A stretch of DNA of 64,000 nucleotides from Squalus acanthias (GCA_030390025.1 CM059432.1:58282001-58346000); one strand, 5' to 3'. Positions 10,939 through 25,142 are shown, counted from the first letter of the stretch. Notes: generated from the sequence alone by a model not told the origin. Numbers and translations are program-made.

Positions 10939-13680
10939 GCACTAACATCTGGGGACTTGTGCCAAATTTGGGAGAGCTGTCCCACAGTCTAGTCAAGCAA
11001 CAGCCTGACATAGTCATACTCACAGAATCATACCTTTCAGCCAATGTCCCAGACTCCATCACCATCCCTGGGAATGTCCTGTCCCACCGGCAGGACAGAC
11101 CCACCAGGGGTGGCGGCACAGTGGTATACAGTCAGGGGGGAGTGGCCCTGGGAGTCCTCAACATTGACTCCGGACCCCATGAAGTCTCATGGTTTCAGGT
11201 CAAGCATAGGCAAGGAAACCTCCTGCTGATTACCACCTACCGTCCTACCTCAGCTGATGAATCAGTACTCCTCCGTGTTGGACACCACTTGGAAGAAGCA
11301 CTGGGGATAGCAAGGGCACAAAATGTCCATCACCAAGAGTGGCTCGCTAGTACCACTACTGACCGAGCTGGCCGAGTCCTGAAGGACATAGCTGCCAGAC
11401 TGGGCCTGTGGCAGGTGATGAGAGAATCAACACGAAGGAAAAACCTATTTGACCTCATCCTCACCAATCTACCTGTCGCAGATGCATCTATCAATGACTA
11501 TTTGTAGGAGTGACCACCACACAGTCCTTGTGAAGCCGAAGTCCCGTCTTCACACTGAGGACACCCTCCATCGTGCTGTGTGGCACTACCACTGTACTAA
11601 ATGGGATAGATTCAGAACAGACCTAGCAGCTCAAAACTGGGCATCCATGAGGCGCTGTGGGCCATCAGGATTGTATTCCACCACAATCTGTAACCTCCTG
11701 GCCCGGCATATCCCTCACTCTACCATTACCATCAAGTCAGGGAACCAACCCTGGTTCAATGAGGAGTGCAGAAGAGCATGCCAGGAGCAGCACCAGGCGT
11801 ACCTAAAAATTAGGTGCCAACCTGGGGATGCTGCAACACAGGACTACATGCATGCTAAAAAGCGGAAGCAGCATGCTATAGACAGAGCTAAGCGATTCTA
11901 CAACCAATGGATCAGATCAAAGCTCTGCAGTCCTGTCCCATCCAGTTGTGAATGGTGGTGGACAATTAAACAACTCATGAATATCCCCATCCTCAATGAT
12001 GGCAGAGCCCAGCATGCGAGTGCAAATGACAAGGCTGAAACGTTAGCAACCATCTTCAGCCAGAAGTGCCGAGTGGATGATCCATCTCGGCCTCCTTCTG
12101 AGGTCCCCACCATCACAGAAGCCAGTCTTAAGCCAATTCGATTCACTCCACGTGATATCAAGAAATGGCTGAGCACACTGGATACAACATAAACTATGGG
12201 CCCCAACAACATCCTGGCTATTGTGCTGAAGACTTGTGCTCCAGAACTAGCTGCGCCTCTATCCAAGCTACAACACTAGCATTGACCCGACAATATGGCA
12301 AACTGCCCAGGTATGTCCTATCCCCAAATAGCAGGACAAATCCAATCCAGCCAATTAATGCCCCATCAGTCTACTCTCCATCAGCAAAGTGGTAGCACTG
12401 TCGACGACACCTTCCATCAAGCGGCACTTGCTCACCGATGCTTAGTTCGGGTTCCGCCAAGACCACTTGGCTCCAGACCTCATTACAGCCTTGGTCCAAA
12501 TATGGACAAAGGAGCTGAATTCCAGAGCTGAGGTGAGAGTGACTGCCCTTGACATCAAGGCAGTATTTGACCCAGTGTGGCATCAAGGAACCCTAGTAAA
12601 ACTGAAGTCAATGGGAATCGGGGGGGAAAGCTCTCCACTGGCTGGAGTCATACCTAGCACAAAGGAAGATGGTTGTGGTTGTTGGAGGTCAATCATCTCA
12701 GCCCCAGGACATCGCTGCAGGAGTTCCCCAGGGCAGTGTCCTAGGCCCAACCATCTTCAACTGCTTCATCAATGACCTTCCCTCCATCATAAGGTCAGAA
12801 GTGGGGATGTTCGCTGATGACTGCACAGTGTTCAGTGCCATTAGCAACTCCTCAGATAATGAAGCAGTCCATGCCTGCATGCAGCAAGACCTGGACTGAT
12901 GTGAGACACGAATGTTGCTTGCCACTTAAGTGCTAGGCAGTGACTATTTCCAACAAGAGAGTCTAACCACCGCCCCTTGACATTAAACGGCATAAACATC
13001 ACCGAATTCCCCCACCATCAACATCCTGGGGGTCACCATTGATCAGAAACATAACTGGACCAGCCACATAAATACTGTGGCTGCAAGAGCAGGTCAGAGG
13101 TTGGGTATTCTGTGGCGAGTGTCTCACCTCCTGACTCCCCAAAGCCTTTCCACCATCTACAAGGCACAAGTAAGGAGTGTTATGGAATACTCTCCACTTG
13201 CCTGGATGAGTGTCGCTCCAACAACACTCAAGAAGCTCAACACCATCCAGGACAAAGCAGCCCGCTTGATTGGCACCCCATCCACCACCTTAAACATTCA
13301 CTCCCTCCACCACCGGCGTACCGTGGCTGCAGTGTGTACCATCTACAAGCTGCACTGCAGCAACTCACCAAAGGCTTCTTCAACAGCACCTCCCAAACCA
13401 GCAACCTAGAAGGACAAGGGCAGCAAAAGCATGGGAACACCATCACCTCCAAGTCACACACCATCGTGACTTGGAAGTATATCACTGTTTCTTCATCGTC
13501 GCTGGGTCAAAATCCTGGAACACCCTCCCTAACAGGTGGGAGTACCTTCACCACAAGGACTGCAGCGGTTCAAGAAGGCGGCTCACCACCACCTTCTCAA
13601 GGGCAATTAGGGACGGGGAATAAAGGCTGGCCTTGCCAGCGACGCCCACATCCCAGGAACGAATATTTTTTTTTAAAAAG
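10939..13680 (+). mobile_element. CR1-clade (Zenon-like) LINE, near-complete ORF2 (APE endonuclease + RT), frameshifted
   Basis: APE 'NIWGL...PDIVILTESYL', 'SDHHTV'; RT 'ALDIKAVFD', 'GVPQGSVLGP', 'FADDCT'; 3' tail ending in T/A runs. Confidence 0.92.
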
Positions 13681-13822
13681 GTGTGATGATGACCCTCATG
13701 ACGTTATTTCCAACTCCAGTATTTAAGGGGCCACTCCAATCATAACACTGGATCACCTACAAGTCTGTGCTCTAAAGCCCGCAAAAACTTTGTGGGCAGC
13801 TGTCAACGAGCTGAATGGTGAG

Positions 13823-14005
13823 AACATAAGAAATAGGTGCAGGAATAGGCCACTTGGCCCCTCGAGCCTGCTCCGCCATTCAATAAGATCATGTCTGATC
13901 TTGGGCTCAAAGCCACTTCCCTGCCTGCTCCCCATAACCCTTCACTCCCTTATCTTGCAAAAATGTGTCTATCTCCACCTTAAATATATTTAATGACCCA
14001 GCCCT
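13823..14005 (-). mobile_element. CR1 LINE 3' end fragment
   Basis: aacataagaaataggtgcaggaataggccacttggccc..., reverse complement of the CR1 3' UTR seen at 62975-63192. Confidence 0.8.
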
Positions 14006-14944
14006 GTTCCTTTGCTGCTGACCACAAACTCCAGGCCAATGACAATTTTTCCACATTTGGTTTATGTATTTCCACTTGTGCGCATCCAGCAGTTTCCTTA
14101 TGCATTGTACTGTAACATCATTTATTGTTTACTGTCATATTGCTACTGTTCACAGAGCATTTCCATCTTCTTTCTGCTGTTTGTTTCTTCTCTGACTTTT
14201 TTTTCTCTGCTATTTCTGTGTTTGTTTTTTGTCCCTTCTACTTTTTTTCTCCCATTTTACCTGTCGTTTCTCATGTTTACTCCTTTCCCTTTCACCTCAA
14301 ATGCTCTGATGAGGAGACTTTTTTTTCAGGCCAGGGGAGCAAAGATAGGCCGAGTGGGCTTTTCTCATCCATACTTATCTTACAATTTTATAATCTCTGC
14401 AACAAAATGAACATCAAGATTCTCGGAGAGTCACAATCTACGACTTTCAGTCACAACTGTGAATAATTACTTGGAAATGGGAATAATCATTGATTATAAA
14501 TGAGTGCTTTTGTATAATAGCTTCTACAGGAATTGTTGCAACGTAATTGTCAGTTTGAAACATTTTAACTTACCGTGTAATAAGGGATAGTGGCCTGCAT
14601 AACAAAAGTAATCAGCAAACCTTTTATTTGTTTGCAACTACAGAGGACGCTATAATACATTTTGTTTGGCTACGCTCCTGGCATGAAGCCTTGCTCAACA
14701 GAAGCACAGATTGAAGAATTGGACATGGGTGTCTAGGTGCCAGATTCGTGAGTTGAGCATGCTGACTTCCCCACCTGACTCTCCAATCTGTGTTCCCACT
14801 CAACAACATTGACTTCACACCAGGAATGGAGCCTTATAAAATTCGCCCTTCAAATTGCATCTAAACAGGTTATCTATTTATTTTCATATGGTTTTTATCA
14901 TAATGAAAATGTTACATAGCTCTTCCCCAAGGAGTTTTAAGCAC

Positions 14945-16115
14945 TCTGCTAGCTTAGTGAGTAAAGGCACAAACTGGTATGTCACTAAGACATGTAGACC
15001 AGGAGGTCCCAGCTTTGATTCCTGGTGTGGGCTGTATTTGCAAATCTCTGAAAGGCCAGCAATTGGATCTCTGAATCCCTGGAGCTTGGGAGTGGAAAAT
15101 TCAGCCAAGGTTGTTCTTGCTGGTTTTCAATTGCCCTTGCTGGAAAATGTGGATATCAATTGATGACAAGTTTGGGCTCAGTTGTAATGTCCTCCACAAT
15201 GTCATCCTTCTTCTTCGGCAGTCCCTCGGAACCGAGGATGACTTGCTTCCACACTAAAAAATGAGTTCTCAGGTGACTGATGAGTCCAATGCGGGACCTA
15301 GAGTCTCTGTCACTGGTGGGGCAGATGATGGTTGAAGGGGTGGGTGGGTGGGGTACTTGGGTTGACTTGCACTTGGCTTCCGCTTGCTCCCGGCGAAGAG
15401 ACTCGAGGTGTTCGGCGCCTTCCCGGATGCCTCTCCTCCACTTTGTGCAGTCTTGGGCCAGGGATTCCAAGGTGTCGGTGGGGATGTTGCACTTTTTCAA
15501 GGAGGCTTTGAGGGTGTCCTTGAAGCGTTTCCTCTGCCCACCTGGGGCTCTCTTGCCGTGTCGGAGCTCCGAGTAGAGTGCTTGTTTTGGTAGTCTCATA
15601 TCGGGCATGCGGACGATGTGGCCCGTCTATCGGAGCTGACTGAGCGTGGTCAAAGCTTCGATGCTGGGGATGTTGGGCTGAGCGAGAACACTGACGTTGG
15701 TGCGCCTATCCTGCCAATGAATTTGCAGGATTTTGCGGAGGCAGCGTTGGTGGTACCTCTCCAGTGCTTTGAGGTGCCTGCTGTACATGGTCCATGTCTC
15801 TGAAGCATACAGGAGGGCGAGTATCACTACTGCTGTGTAGACCATGAGCTTGGTGCTGGGTTTGAGGTCCTGGTCTTCAAACACTCTCTTCCTCAGGTGA
15901 CCGAAGGCTGCACTGGCACACTGAAGGCGGTGTTGGACTTCGTCATCGACATCTGCCCTTGCTGACAGTAGGCAATGTCATACAGCCTACCAACGCTAAC
16001 CATCTATGTTCACACATTAAGAATGGATTCTTTGCTGAGTTATTAACGGGCTACTGCTGCCTGTGAAACTATACTCCAGCAAGCATCCTCAGCAGAGGAG
16101 GACAGAAAAATTGAA
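14945..16115 (+). mobile_element. LF-SINE-like element split by an RTE insertion
   Basis: tRNA-like head near 14950-15030; body 'tgtaatgtcctccacaatgtcatacagcctaccaacgctaaccatctatgttcacacattaagaatgg' resembles the LF-SINE 3' region (recognised from memory). Confidence 0.55.
15206..15972 (-). mobile_element. 5'-truncated RTE-clade LINE
   Basis: 'STKLMVYTAVVILALLYASETWT', 'RLPKQALYSELRHGKRAPGGQRKRFKDTLK'; (GAA)n tail; 9-bp TSD CAATGTCAT at 15197 and 15973. Confidence 0.92.
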
Positions 16116-16339
16116 AATAAATACAAAAAGTTTATCGAACACACTTTCATGAAGACAGTTCCTCTATAATCCTATGTGAAGAATTCTGAAGTTTCAGTAA
16201 CTGTTCTACATGGTAGTGTTTATCTCCTATCCTCAGCACTCTGCGATTCTTTTGTGTCTTCCAGTTTTTACTGCAGCTGTTTTGTATTCTTTGCATCCTC
16301 TGAACAGACTGCTTCTCAGTGTTTTTTAATTGAGCACCG

Positions 16340-16517
16340 TGGGGTTGAATTTCCACAGGGCTTCTCCCAATTGTCCGCCATAACATCAGCGGATGATCCA
16401 CGGAAAGCCTAGAGAAATAGTGCGAATGGTGTTTGTGCCATTTCTCTGGGGTTTCCGTGGATCTTTCGCTGAAGTTACAATGGACAATCGGGAGAACTCC
16501 ACCGAAATTCAATACCG
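16340..16517. mobile_element. Short MITE with Harbinger-type TIRs
   Basis: GGGGTTGAATTTC ... GAAATTCAATACC inverted ends; internal TTCTCCC/GGGAGAA inverted pair. Confidence 0.55.
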
Positions 16518-16689
16518 AGGACCCCAATTTTGCCACTTTGTTATGTCATTAAATTCATTTAATCTGAACATATTTCATTTCACCTGAATCAGTGTAAAGT
16601 TAATTGCCTATTTGAACAGTAATTTCAACACACCCTATCTGGAGTTGCAGAAGTTTTCTTCCTTTATGCATGGTTGCAAAGAGTGTAAG

Positions 16690-17080
16690 GAACACCCATC
16701 AGGGAAAGTCCATCAAGCTAATTTGGTATATTTCTAGTGGGAGGGGTGTGTTGTGCATTTTACTCCACAAACTTGACTTGAGCTCCCTGATAGCTCTGGT
16801 GCCATGTTGCTTATGTAAACCTAGACTATGAGTGATGACAGCTACTTCTGCGGCTGTCACAGCTTTGCCTGGCCTGATCGTCACCCATTTACACTTCTAG
16901 CACCAGTCATTTAGATAGTGGCCAGGTATAGAAAAATTGGCTGATTTGCTTCCCTGTGACCTGGGGTTCAATTGCGGTCCCACCCCTGCTGCTCAAGTTG
17001 ATACGAGAAATCAAACCAGGGAACTTCCTGTTCTCTATGGCTCCATGATACACCATGCAATGCATCTACCCACTCATCAA
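16690..17080 (-). mobile_element. Decayed LF-SINE-like element
   Basis: Loose reverse-complement similarity to 14945-16115. Confidence 0.4.
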
Positions 17081-18274
17081 GCATGGGAGCTTTTTCTATA
17101 CTTATATTCGTAAGGCAGATACCACACTACCAGTAAACATGAAGGCTCCAAAGCCAGCAGACATGTTCAGCTTATCTCTACTTGGTCACCCTTTATTCTA
17201 ATTACAAAAGACCACATTTAATTTATTCATATGGAAAATTATTTAATACATCTAAAATACACACTTTCTCAATAAAGCTGATAGTTGACAGAGTTGTTTC
17301 TCCTCAAGACCTTTTGCTTCCTAATCTACAGCCTTTGTCATCAGAAGTCACCAATGTTGCAGCCACGTACCACTTGCTGATTGATTGATTGATTGGTGTC
17401 TGTTGGACATTACTGGCTGATGCCCAAGGTTGAATGGTGCCGGTAGTTAAAAGCTGAGTGAAGTAGTCACCTTCACTGACACTAATAAGCCATGATTGTC
17501 ATTCTCTGTAACTCATCAGACAAGTCAGTGTTTGCTAATTAAATCAAAATCCCTGAAAAGTGTGTGGGTCGGACAAATCAATAAAGCTGAAATAAAAACC
17601 TGCAAATGCTGGAAATGTCAAACCACCCCACAGAAAATGCTGGAATTACACATCCGATCTATTAGTATCTAATGAAGAGACAGGTCAACATGTCAGAATG
17701 AACAAAGTTAATAGAACCTCCTCAGCCACACTGTCATCCAGTTCCCCAGGCCTTGCCAGACTGCCCAAAAATTGGTTTTATGGAACTCTATTGGACAATT
17801 ATCGAAGCTGTGGAAAAGAGAATGGCTGTTTGCAGGCAAGAGTCATGAGACTGACTACGAAGACAATCTGATCAGCTAATTGAGCTTAGTTTTATTGCAA
17901 TCTCTAAACTGATGCAACCCGTAATTTTACAGGCCGCAATCTTCACACTTGCACCAGAACTGCAGCTGCTGGTGACCTTCAGGGCTGACCCAGCTGGAGT
18001 ATGCTAGATCAGGGGAGGGCAGCTAATTAGCATTGAACAGCAGGCACCTATGCCACTATGGGCACAGTGTGGGTGCAACATGCACCAGGCTGCAAGAAAA
18101 TCTGACTGCTAGGAAATACTTGAAGATTGGCACCCTTTGTAATGGGTGTAGAGATGTGAAGGAATAAGCCATATAACCTATTCAGAAAAATACACCATTC
18201 TATGAAAGAATTCTGGCCTTATTAAAACATGACAAACTGGGTTTGGAAATCTAGAAACCTAACTATGAAAAATC

Positions 18275-19083
18275 TGTGATAGCATTCTGGCTATTGAGAT
18301 AAGATAGTTGTTGACACTGAATCAATAACCTTATTGAAACAGAAGGTTAAAGGCTCCTGACAGGCTGACCTTTGGGAACAAGACAATGGTTCACCCTGGT
18401 TAAGGTGTTCTAATTTACACTTCGTAAAGAAGCACATAAAATTAAGAAACATCTGCCTTTGTAAAAATGACATCAAGTAAAATGCACCTGCTGTTACACT
18501 GTTTTTTATGGTAAACTTAGAACACCTAGAGAAGAGACATAATTCTGTAATGCTACCAGCTGAGGTGACTGTAAGAATTGCAGGGGTCAGCAGAAAAATG
18601 ACTAGAGATAATTAGCTTACATCAGCAGAAAACCTTAAAGGAAATACCACTGGAAAAAGGTATAAATATTGAACTCTCAAATGGGATAGTAGACTCGCTT
18701 TAAAGGGGCAAAGCAATTCTCGGCTTAAGAGGCGACTCTGTAAGTCTTCAACTCTTTGTACCTCAAGGATCAAAGGTATTTGATTTTGGTGGATATCCTG
18801 TAGAAAACCAAGAACTGTAAAACTGTAGTGAAGTTAAGATTTGAGTGTAGGTTCTCTGATAATAGAATTGTAAGCTTTCTCTTTTTGGAACTGTTAATGT
18901 TGCGATTGACTCACCAACTGTAAATTACATGTCGGTTCTTTAATAAATCTATATATTTTTAGAATTGTCTCACATAAGACTTCTGTATCAAACTCGCAAA
19001 CTCAATTTCTGTACACTCTTTGGTGAGGAGTTGCAGAATTCTGGGGGAGTTTTCCGGACCCTCATAATATCCGGAACGTTACA
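18275..19083 (+). mobile_element. Probable solo LTR
   Basis: TGT...ACA ends with imperfect inverted similarity (TGTGATAGCATTCTGG / CCGGAACGTTACA); TATAAA near 18661, AATAAA near 18942; TSD unclear. Confidence 0.5.
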
Positions 19084-19488
19084 GTCTAGCTAAACTTATT
19101 AAAAGTGCTATCTGGAGGATGGTAACATTTTTAGGTTGTTCCTTTCCTTTAGGGAGAGATAGTCCGGACCTTTAGACCCAATTAAGCATCTTTAGGATTC
19201 GGCTACCTCAAACTTTAGTTGAAAGTGAATGTCTGGGGAATACACTTGATCCGGGGTAGCCCTAAAGGGGCTAGGACTAGTAATTATCCCTTCAGAGAGA
19301 TTCTGCCCCTTTTAAGGCTCTGTGGATGCTAATAGCAAAAGTGAGGACATGGCTTCTGCAGATCTCAGTCTGTTTTCTGAATCTTCTGCTTCACTACCGC
19401 TGGAGTTGTAGTGGGAGTGTGCCAGAAGGACCATGGAATTTCAGATCCACAATGCCTTTGCACTAATTGTTGTGGGGCACACTTGTAG

Positions 19489-19916
19489 GGCCTGAAATTC
19501 CTGGACCTCCAACTCTCACAACTTTGCATGGGGGGGATGTGTCCCCACAACATTTAGGTATTGCTGAACCAGGAAATTCAGAGCGGCACCTAACCACTAT
19601 GTTTCGATTGATCACTCAGCAATTGATTGCCCTTAGGAAACCAGCATTTGATTCATTCATGGGTCCCATGTCTGCAAGGATCTTATCCTGGCATGCTAGC
19701 ATGCCTGAATCATGCAAGGGTATTTAGCACTGGGGGCAGTGGAGGTTGAATTGGTGGGACTTTTGGCGAATTATGTCATCCCTCCAGTCCTGCTTCTCCT
19801 GATGATGTCTGCATGGAAGGGGGTGCAGAACCAGGTCTCGCCCCAAATTCAGACTCCCTCCCCCAGTCATGCTGCTGCTGTGCCTCCCTCCCCCTAAGCC
19901 CAAGAATTTCAGAGCC
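19489..19916. mobile_element. Decayed MITE with Harbinger-type TIRs
   Basis: GGCCTGAAATTC ... GAATTTCAGAGCC; flanks TAG/CAG. Confidence 0.4.
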
Positions 19917-21309
19917 CAGGTTTTGTCAATGCCCACTCCCTGGACACCAACAAGACCTCTGGTCCTATTGTCCTTAAGATGTGTAGCTCCAAACCTGTTC
20001 AGTTTCTACTATTCCCAGACCACTTTCCTTCTTGTAAACTTTCTCACAGGCCCTCCATAAGAAGGATGCTCTCTCCTACCCTATCGCCCTGTTAAGAACT
20101 TTCTGTTATTTGTTTAAAACTCAAATGTTTATCCAACAAAGTGATGCCTTCTCATTGGATCCACCATCTGCATTTGAGGTAAGAGTGTTTACCAGTTTTT
20201 CATCAAGCATGAAGTGGCTCAAAAGCAAAATCCAGAATGCGTGCTACAGTTTGTGTGGTGAAGGAATCTGGATTGAAACCTGAATCATAATTTGAATATT
20301 CATCTGGCTGTGAGTATCAATACAGAAACATGTTAAAGCCTAAAACCACTTGATTAGATCATTTGTCGATTAATAACCAGATATCATCTATTGCTGGTTT
20401 TTACAGAAGTCCATCTATTTTGCATGCAATTCATGCATGGAATGACACAAGTAAATTGACGTCACAAAAGTAGGAAGATGTCAGTATCAGCCAAGCTATA
20501 GGTTAATGTTTTCAGAAAAAAGTATTTTTAGAAATATGAAATCTAGGCCTATGTCAATGGAAGGATTAAAAAGTAACCCCACAAAAGTCTCAATTTGACG
20601 TTGCCTGGTAATCCGTTTTCACAGTGCTAAAATATCTGAAGGCTGTTGGCATCAGGCTGTCATTCTCAGCCTTTTCAACATTCACTGCACAGTAGCTCGG
20701 GTTTATCAATCAACCACAAGGGCAACAAGGTGACACTGGCTCTCAGAATGTTTATACAAGTCTGAGAGCTTTTAGCTGCATTTTCAAGAATAGTTCTCAA
20801 CGTCAGGTCCATCTCCAATGATTCTGGTGCTGAACTACCAAATTTATTGATTTTTTTTCACTCCTCGCCTGCTTTGACAACCAGTTTAGTTGGATTGAAA
20901 TAGTTTAACGCTTCAGCTAATCTCTCTAAGATGCTGCAAGCAAAATGGTTAAAAAGACAAAAGCAAAATATTGCAGATGCTGGAAATCTGAACTAAAAAC
21001 AGAGGGCTAAAAATTCGATTAGGCCCAAAAGCAGGCGCGGGGATCGTGATGCACGATCAGCCTGTGCCTGTTGAAAGTAATTCAGGGAGCACGCGACCTT
21101 CATGCTGCCTGCTAATTATCATGATTGATGTGTTCAGCCCCGTGCTGAGTGCGCGGCTGAGTGACTGACCGCTCAGCAGGGGGCCGAAGATCGTGCGAGG
21201 CTAGCTCTATTTAAATCTAGCCTCCACTTTTAAAGGCAGTCTGCACCTCTTAGGTGAGGTGCATTCTGCAGCTGCTGGATGTGCTTGTCAAGGCAACTCT
21301 CACTCAGTA

Positions 21310-22590
21310 ATGGCTCAACAGGGCAGAGAAAGGTCACCAAGGTTCTCCAACACAACACAAGAGGCCTTAGTGCAGGGGACAGAACAGAAGAGACAGGTCC
21401 TGCACCCGGAGGGGACCAGTAGGCCCTCCAGATTCACAGTCAGAAGGCAGTGGGAGCAGATAGCCGAAGCGGTCACTACCAGCAGTCTTGCCCCAAGGAC
21501 ATGGATCCAGTGCAGGAAGAAGTTCATTGACCTCACACGAGTGATCATGGTCAGTGAATGCATCTTCAAAAACCGTCTCTCACCAACTGCACCACTAGCA
21601 TCACACACTACTCCATGCATCACTCACCTACCAACAATCTCTATCAATCACCACTCATACCTCACATTCATAGCTTCACCTCACCCTCACACACTTACCA
21701 CTGCTGCAAGCCTCACTCCCACATCTCACAGCTTGCACACACTGCCAGCTATTCAACCATGACCAGCACATCACCCAAACACATTGCACCACACTCACTG
21801 ATGCACTTCCCTTTCTCTTGCAGGTCAAAGTGACTAACAACCATAGGCAGCAGCAGGTAACCAGTGGGGGACGGGCAAGCCTGCATATTCTGACCCAGCT
21901 GAAGGAGACCGTACTGGACATTATTGGAAGGGTCCTCACTGAGGCCGTGGCGATCGTTGAGGCTGAAACCATTGAAGATGACAGTATGCTCATACCTAAT
22001 CCTCCTTCTCGTATCCCACTTCCCCCTCATACCACAATCTTTTACTTACAAGCTCCTGATGGTGTAAGCATGCACATCTTGCTTTCCGCCCCTTCCCTCA
22101 CCACAACCCTATGCTTGTGCCTTTCTCCTTTCAGAAACCCAAGAACTCCAACCTGGCCAGCCAGTGCAAGAAGAGCAAGAGTGATGCAGATGAAGAGACA
22201 ACGACACTTGATATCACACTCGCACACACCAGCTCCGAACCTCACAGCGCCCGTACTTTAGAGGATAGTATAAAGGCGGAATCTGCATGTGGTAAGTCAC
22301 TGGCATGAGTGGCCTGCAGTCAGTGCAGGGGGAAATCGTAGCACAGGTGCCAGCTCCTCGAGGGTGAGATCGCACACGAGTTCTGCTGCAGAGGACTCAT
22401 GAGGACTTCAATGAGATGGCATACAGAAGAAGGATGATGGGCATGTACACAGAAATGCTTGGTGCATTAGCAGGCCTGCTAGAGAGCCTGTTGTCACTGT
22501 CAAGGAGCATGGAGGAGTCCGGCACCAACCTTGCACAGGGCTTTGCGCAGAGCTTGGAGCCCATGATTTCCCAGATGGAAATGCAGGTCT
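21310..22590 (+). pseudogene. Myb/SANT-like gene of copy G, exons 21310-21549, 21824-21983, 22135 to truncation
   Basis: 'RERSPRFSNTTQEALV...QWEQIAEAV...RTWIQCRKKFIDL'; exon sizes 240 and 160 nt as in A, B and D. Confidence 0.85.
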
Positions 22591-22822
22591 GGTTCCAAGA
22601 GGTGGCAGAGTTCTGTAACCTCCTCCTTGGTGAAGTGGAGTTGCCGAACACACTGCTTAGGTGCAGGTAGGAGAAGTGCTCCCTGAAGACCCTAGGTGGG
22701 TAAGGCCTCCTGCTAAGAGACCTCCTCCTCCTCCCTCTGCGAGCAGGTTGTCTTCTTTGCTACCTCTGCTCCATCTCCCTGTCATGCTGCAGCGCAAGGG
22801 GGACTACAACTAGAGCCCCCAT
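22590..22822 (-). pseudogene. Harbinger transposase N-terminal remnant of copy G
   Basis: Minus strand 'MGALVVPLALQH...RRPYPPRVFREHFSYLHL...FTKEEVTELCHLL', homologous to the transposase at 50072. Confidence 0.8.
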
Positions 22823-24084
22823 GACTGGGAGCAGGTGGTGTAGTCAAAGGCCTTCCAGTAGCAGCCAACGCCTTCCCAACATTCAGCAGCACTCCCTGCA
22901 CATTTTAACAATGTTATAAATGTCTTCCAGCAAGCCAGTATTGATACAAACTCTGCAACAGCCAGTAGAAGAGAAAAAATCTACTTACCTGCAAGTTGTA
23001 AGTATCCCTTTAAGTAGCGCTGGTGGTGGTGGGGGGCCCTCGTGCAGCTGAATGCAAGTTCAGCTTTGCGTGTTTAGGAGAGGACGCTGAATGGAGCAGC
23101 GACATCGAAAATGGCTGGTTGTGCATCAATTCAGTGTTACACGCTGACTGACATCACAATCTGCCTACTCTGCATACTGCCGGCGCATGCACATACCTCC
23201 CATGCTATCGCCTTTACCAAGATGGCGGACAGCGCAGGCCATGCCAGTAGTGGGCAGAATTGAGGCGGGCGCCAATTTTTTTTAAAAACGGACAAAACTA
23301 CCGGTGCTACGGGGTTGAATTTCGCAGCCAGAAAATGCTGGAAACACTCAGCAGGTCAGACAATATTTGTGGAGAGAAAAGCAGAGTTAACATTTCAGTT
23401 TGATTAACTTTTATCTATGTCCTTGAATTTACTTATAATTTCTGATGAGTTTGGGACTTAAAACCACCATGCCATCCATTTTGTAGGTGGATTCTGGGGT
23501 GAGACTTGTTTCCGCTGTTTAACGGCAGCACTTAAAGATTCGTGTGTGTGTGTGTGCACTCACTGATGTTGCTAATTATAATATAGTAAAATGAGGATGA
23601 CTGGGGTTGGAGTGCCCAGAACCTGTGACTTGCGCACCCATTGCACTAAAGGTAATTAATGATGAATTAAAATAGGCATGCCTGTTGCAAGCATCAGTTG
23701 AGATTAGTGGAAGTGCTTTACTTTCAAGCCTGGAGCCTGAAGAAACTTTAAGAAATGTAACATTATGGGACATCAATATTAACCTGCATTTTTACCAGAG
23801 TTTACTACAACCTCTTGACTCTGAAAGCAGAGAGTATTTTAGCATTCCTAGATTAGCACAAATTACAGCCTCGTTCAAAGGCGGGGTGGGCTAATTCACT
23901 AAAACTAGACCGGGAAATTCCTCGGAGCTGCTCCTGCTCCACTACCGTAAGTTTGACGGACCGGTGGCAGGAGACTCATTTACGTGCATAAATAGGTGTT
24001 CCACCGTACTTCCAGCGACGTTCTAGCAGCTGAACGGATGCAGTGCTGAGGCAATTCCCGACTATAATGTCAGAGTGGAAAAAG

Positions 24085-24200
24085 AAGGAAAGAACTTGCA
24101 TTTATATAGCGCCTTTCACGACCCCAGGACATCCCAATGAGCTTTACAGCCAATGAAGTACTTAAGTGTAGTCACTGTTGTAAAGTAGGAAGAGCAAAAC
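24085..24200 (-). repeat. Deu-type SINE 3' tail fragment
   Basis: aaagaacttgcatttatatagcgcctttcacgacc..., reverse complement of 59200-59283. Confidence 0.7.
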
Positions 24201-24499
24201 ATTGTTTGTATTAAACCCATTAGATGCTCATTATAATTTGCTGCTCTGTAATTCCTGATATAGGATGTTATAAGTTTTGCTATGTAAAATAACCGGAGAT
24301 TAGGAATGTTGTGTAGCATAATGTTCTGCCGCAGTGTTGGGAATATTCAGAGAAGGCTTTGCTGTGTTGTGAGATAACCAAAAATAATTATCATGGTAAT
24401 TGCCATTTAAGATCATAGTTAAAATTAGAAATTTACTACATTTTGTTAAATCCAGATTATGTTGACTTTTATTTAACATTTTTGCTGTTCATGCTACAG

Positions 24500-24885
24500 C
24501 TTGGTCAGAAGGTTATGGATCAAACAGCAATTCAGCTCCATTCCAGAAATTCAGCACATAATCTCGGCCAACACTTCAGTGTCGTACTGAGGGAGTGCTG
24601 CATTGTTGGAAGTGTTGTCTTTCAAACGAGATGTTAAACTGAGGCTCTGTCTGCCTGTTCAGGTGGATGGAAAAGATCCCATGGTACTATCTGAAGAAGA
24701 GCAAGGGAAGTTTCCTGGTGTCATGGCCAATGTCCCTCAACCAGTAACACCAAAAACAGATTAACTGGGCATTTATCTCATTGCTATGTGCAAATTGGCT
24801 TATGACTCTGCCTACGGGACCAGTGACTACTCTTCAAAAGTGGATGTGAAGTGCTTTGGGACATCCTGAAAGAATGTAAATTCTA
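24500..24885 (+). mobile_element. Deu-domain SINE (SacSINE1/AmnSINE-like), decayed
   Basis: gtactgagggagtgctgcattg...aaagatcccatgg...gaagaagagc, homologous to 58919-59283. Confidence 0.75.
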
Positions 24886-25142
24886 TGTAGTTCCTTTCTT
24901 TGAATCTAACACAATTTCTGAAACGTTAAACCAGAATTTACTAGTCACTGTCTGTTGTCTGTTAAAGCTTTATCCATAAAAATGAAAAATTGGGTATTGT
25001 ATACGAATGAATATCTACATTGTTTTACCGGAGAGGAGCCTATAAATAGAAGAACATTTACTTCTTATTAATCATTGCTTTTACACATCGAAAGGAGATG
25101 ACACTTTATCTTACACAGGAACATCAATAAGATATTGATCTT

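Larger units (their letters stand above)
21004..23329. mobile_element. Harbinger copy G, internally deleted (3' ends of both genes lost)
   Basis: TSD AGA; degenerate TIRs GGGCTAAAAATTC / GAATTTCGCAGCC; Myb gene on +, transposase N-terminus on -. Confidence 0.85.
20957..23410 (-). repeat. Penelope terminal fragment split by Harbinger copy G
   Basis: 20957-21003 and 23333-23410 rejoin to 'ctaaaaac-aga-aaatgctggaaacactcagcaggtc'. Confidence 0.75.

Noticed and set aside
16147..16536. Possible host exon (129-aa ORF)
   Set aside because: Half of the ORF is a MITE; no recognisable protein or convincing splice pair.
20860..20945. Minus-strand acceptor followed by 'ILERLAEALNYFNPTKLVVKAG'
   Set aside because: Stop after ~24 codons, weak donor, no partner exons found; cannot be supported without a homology search.
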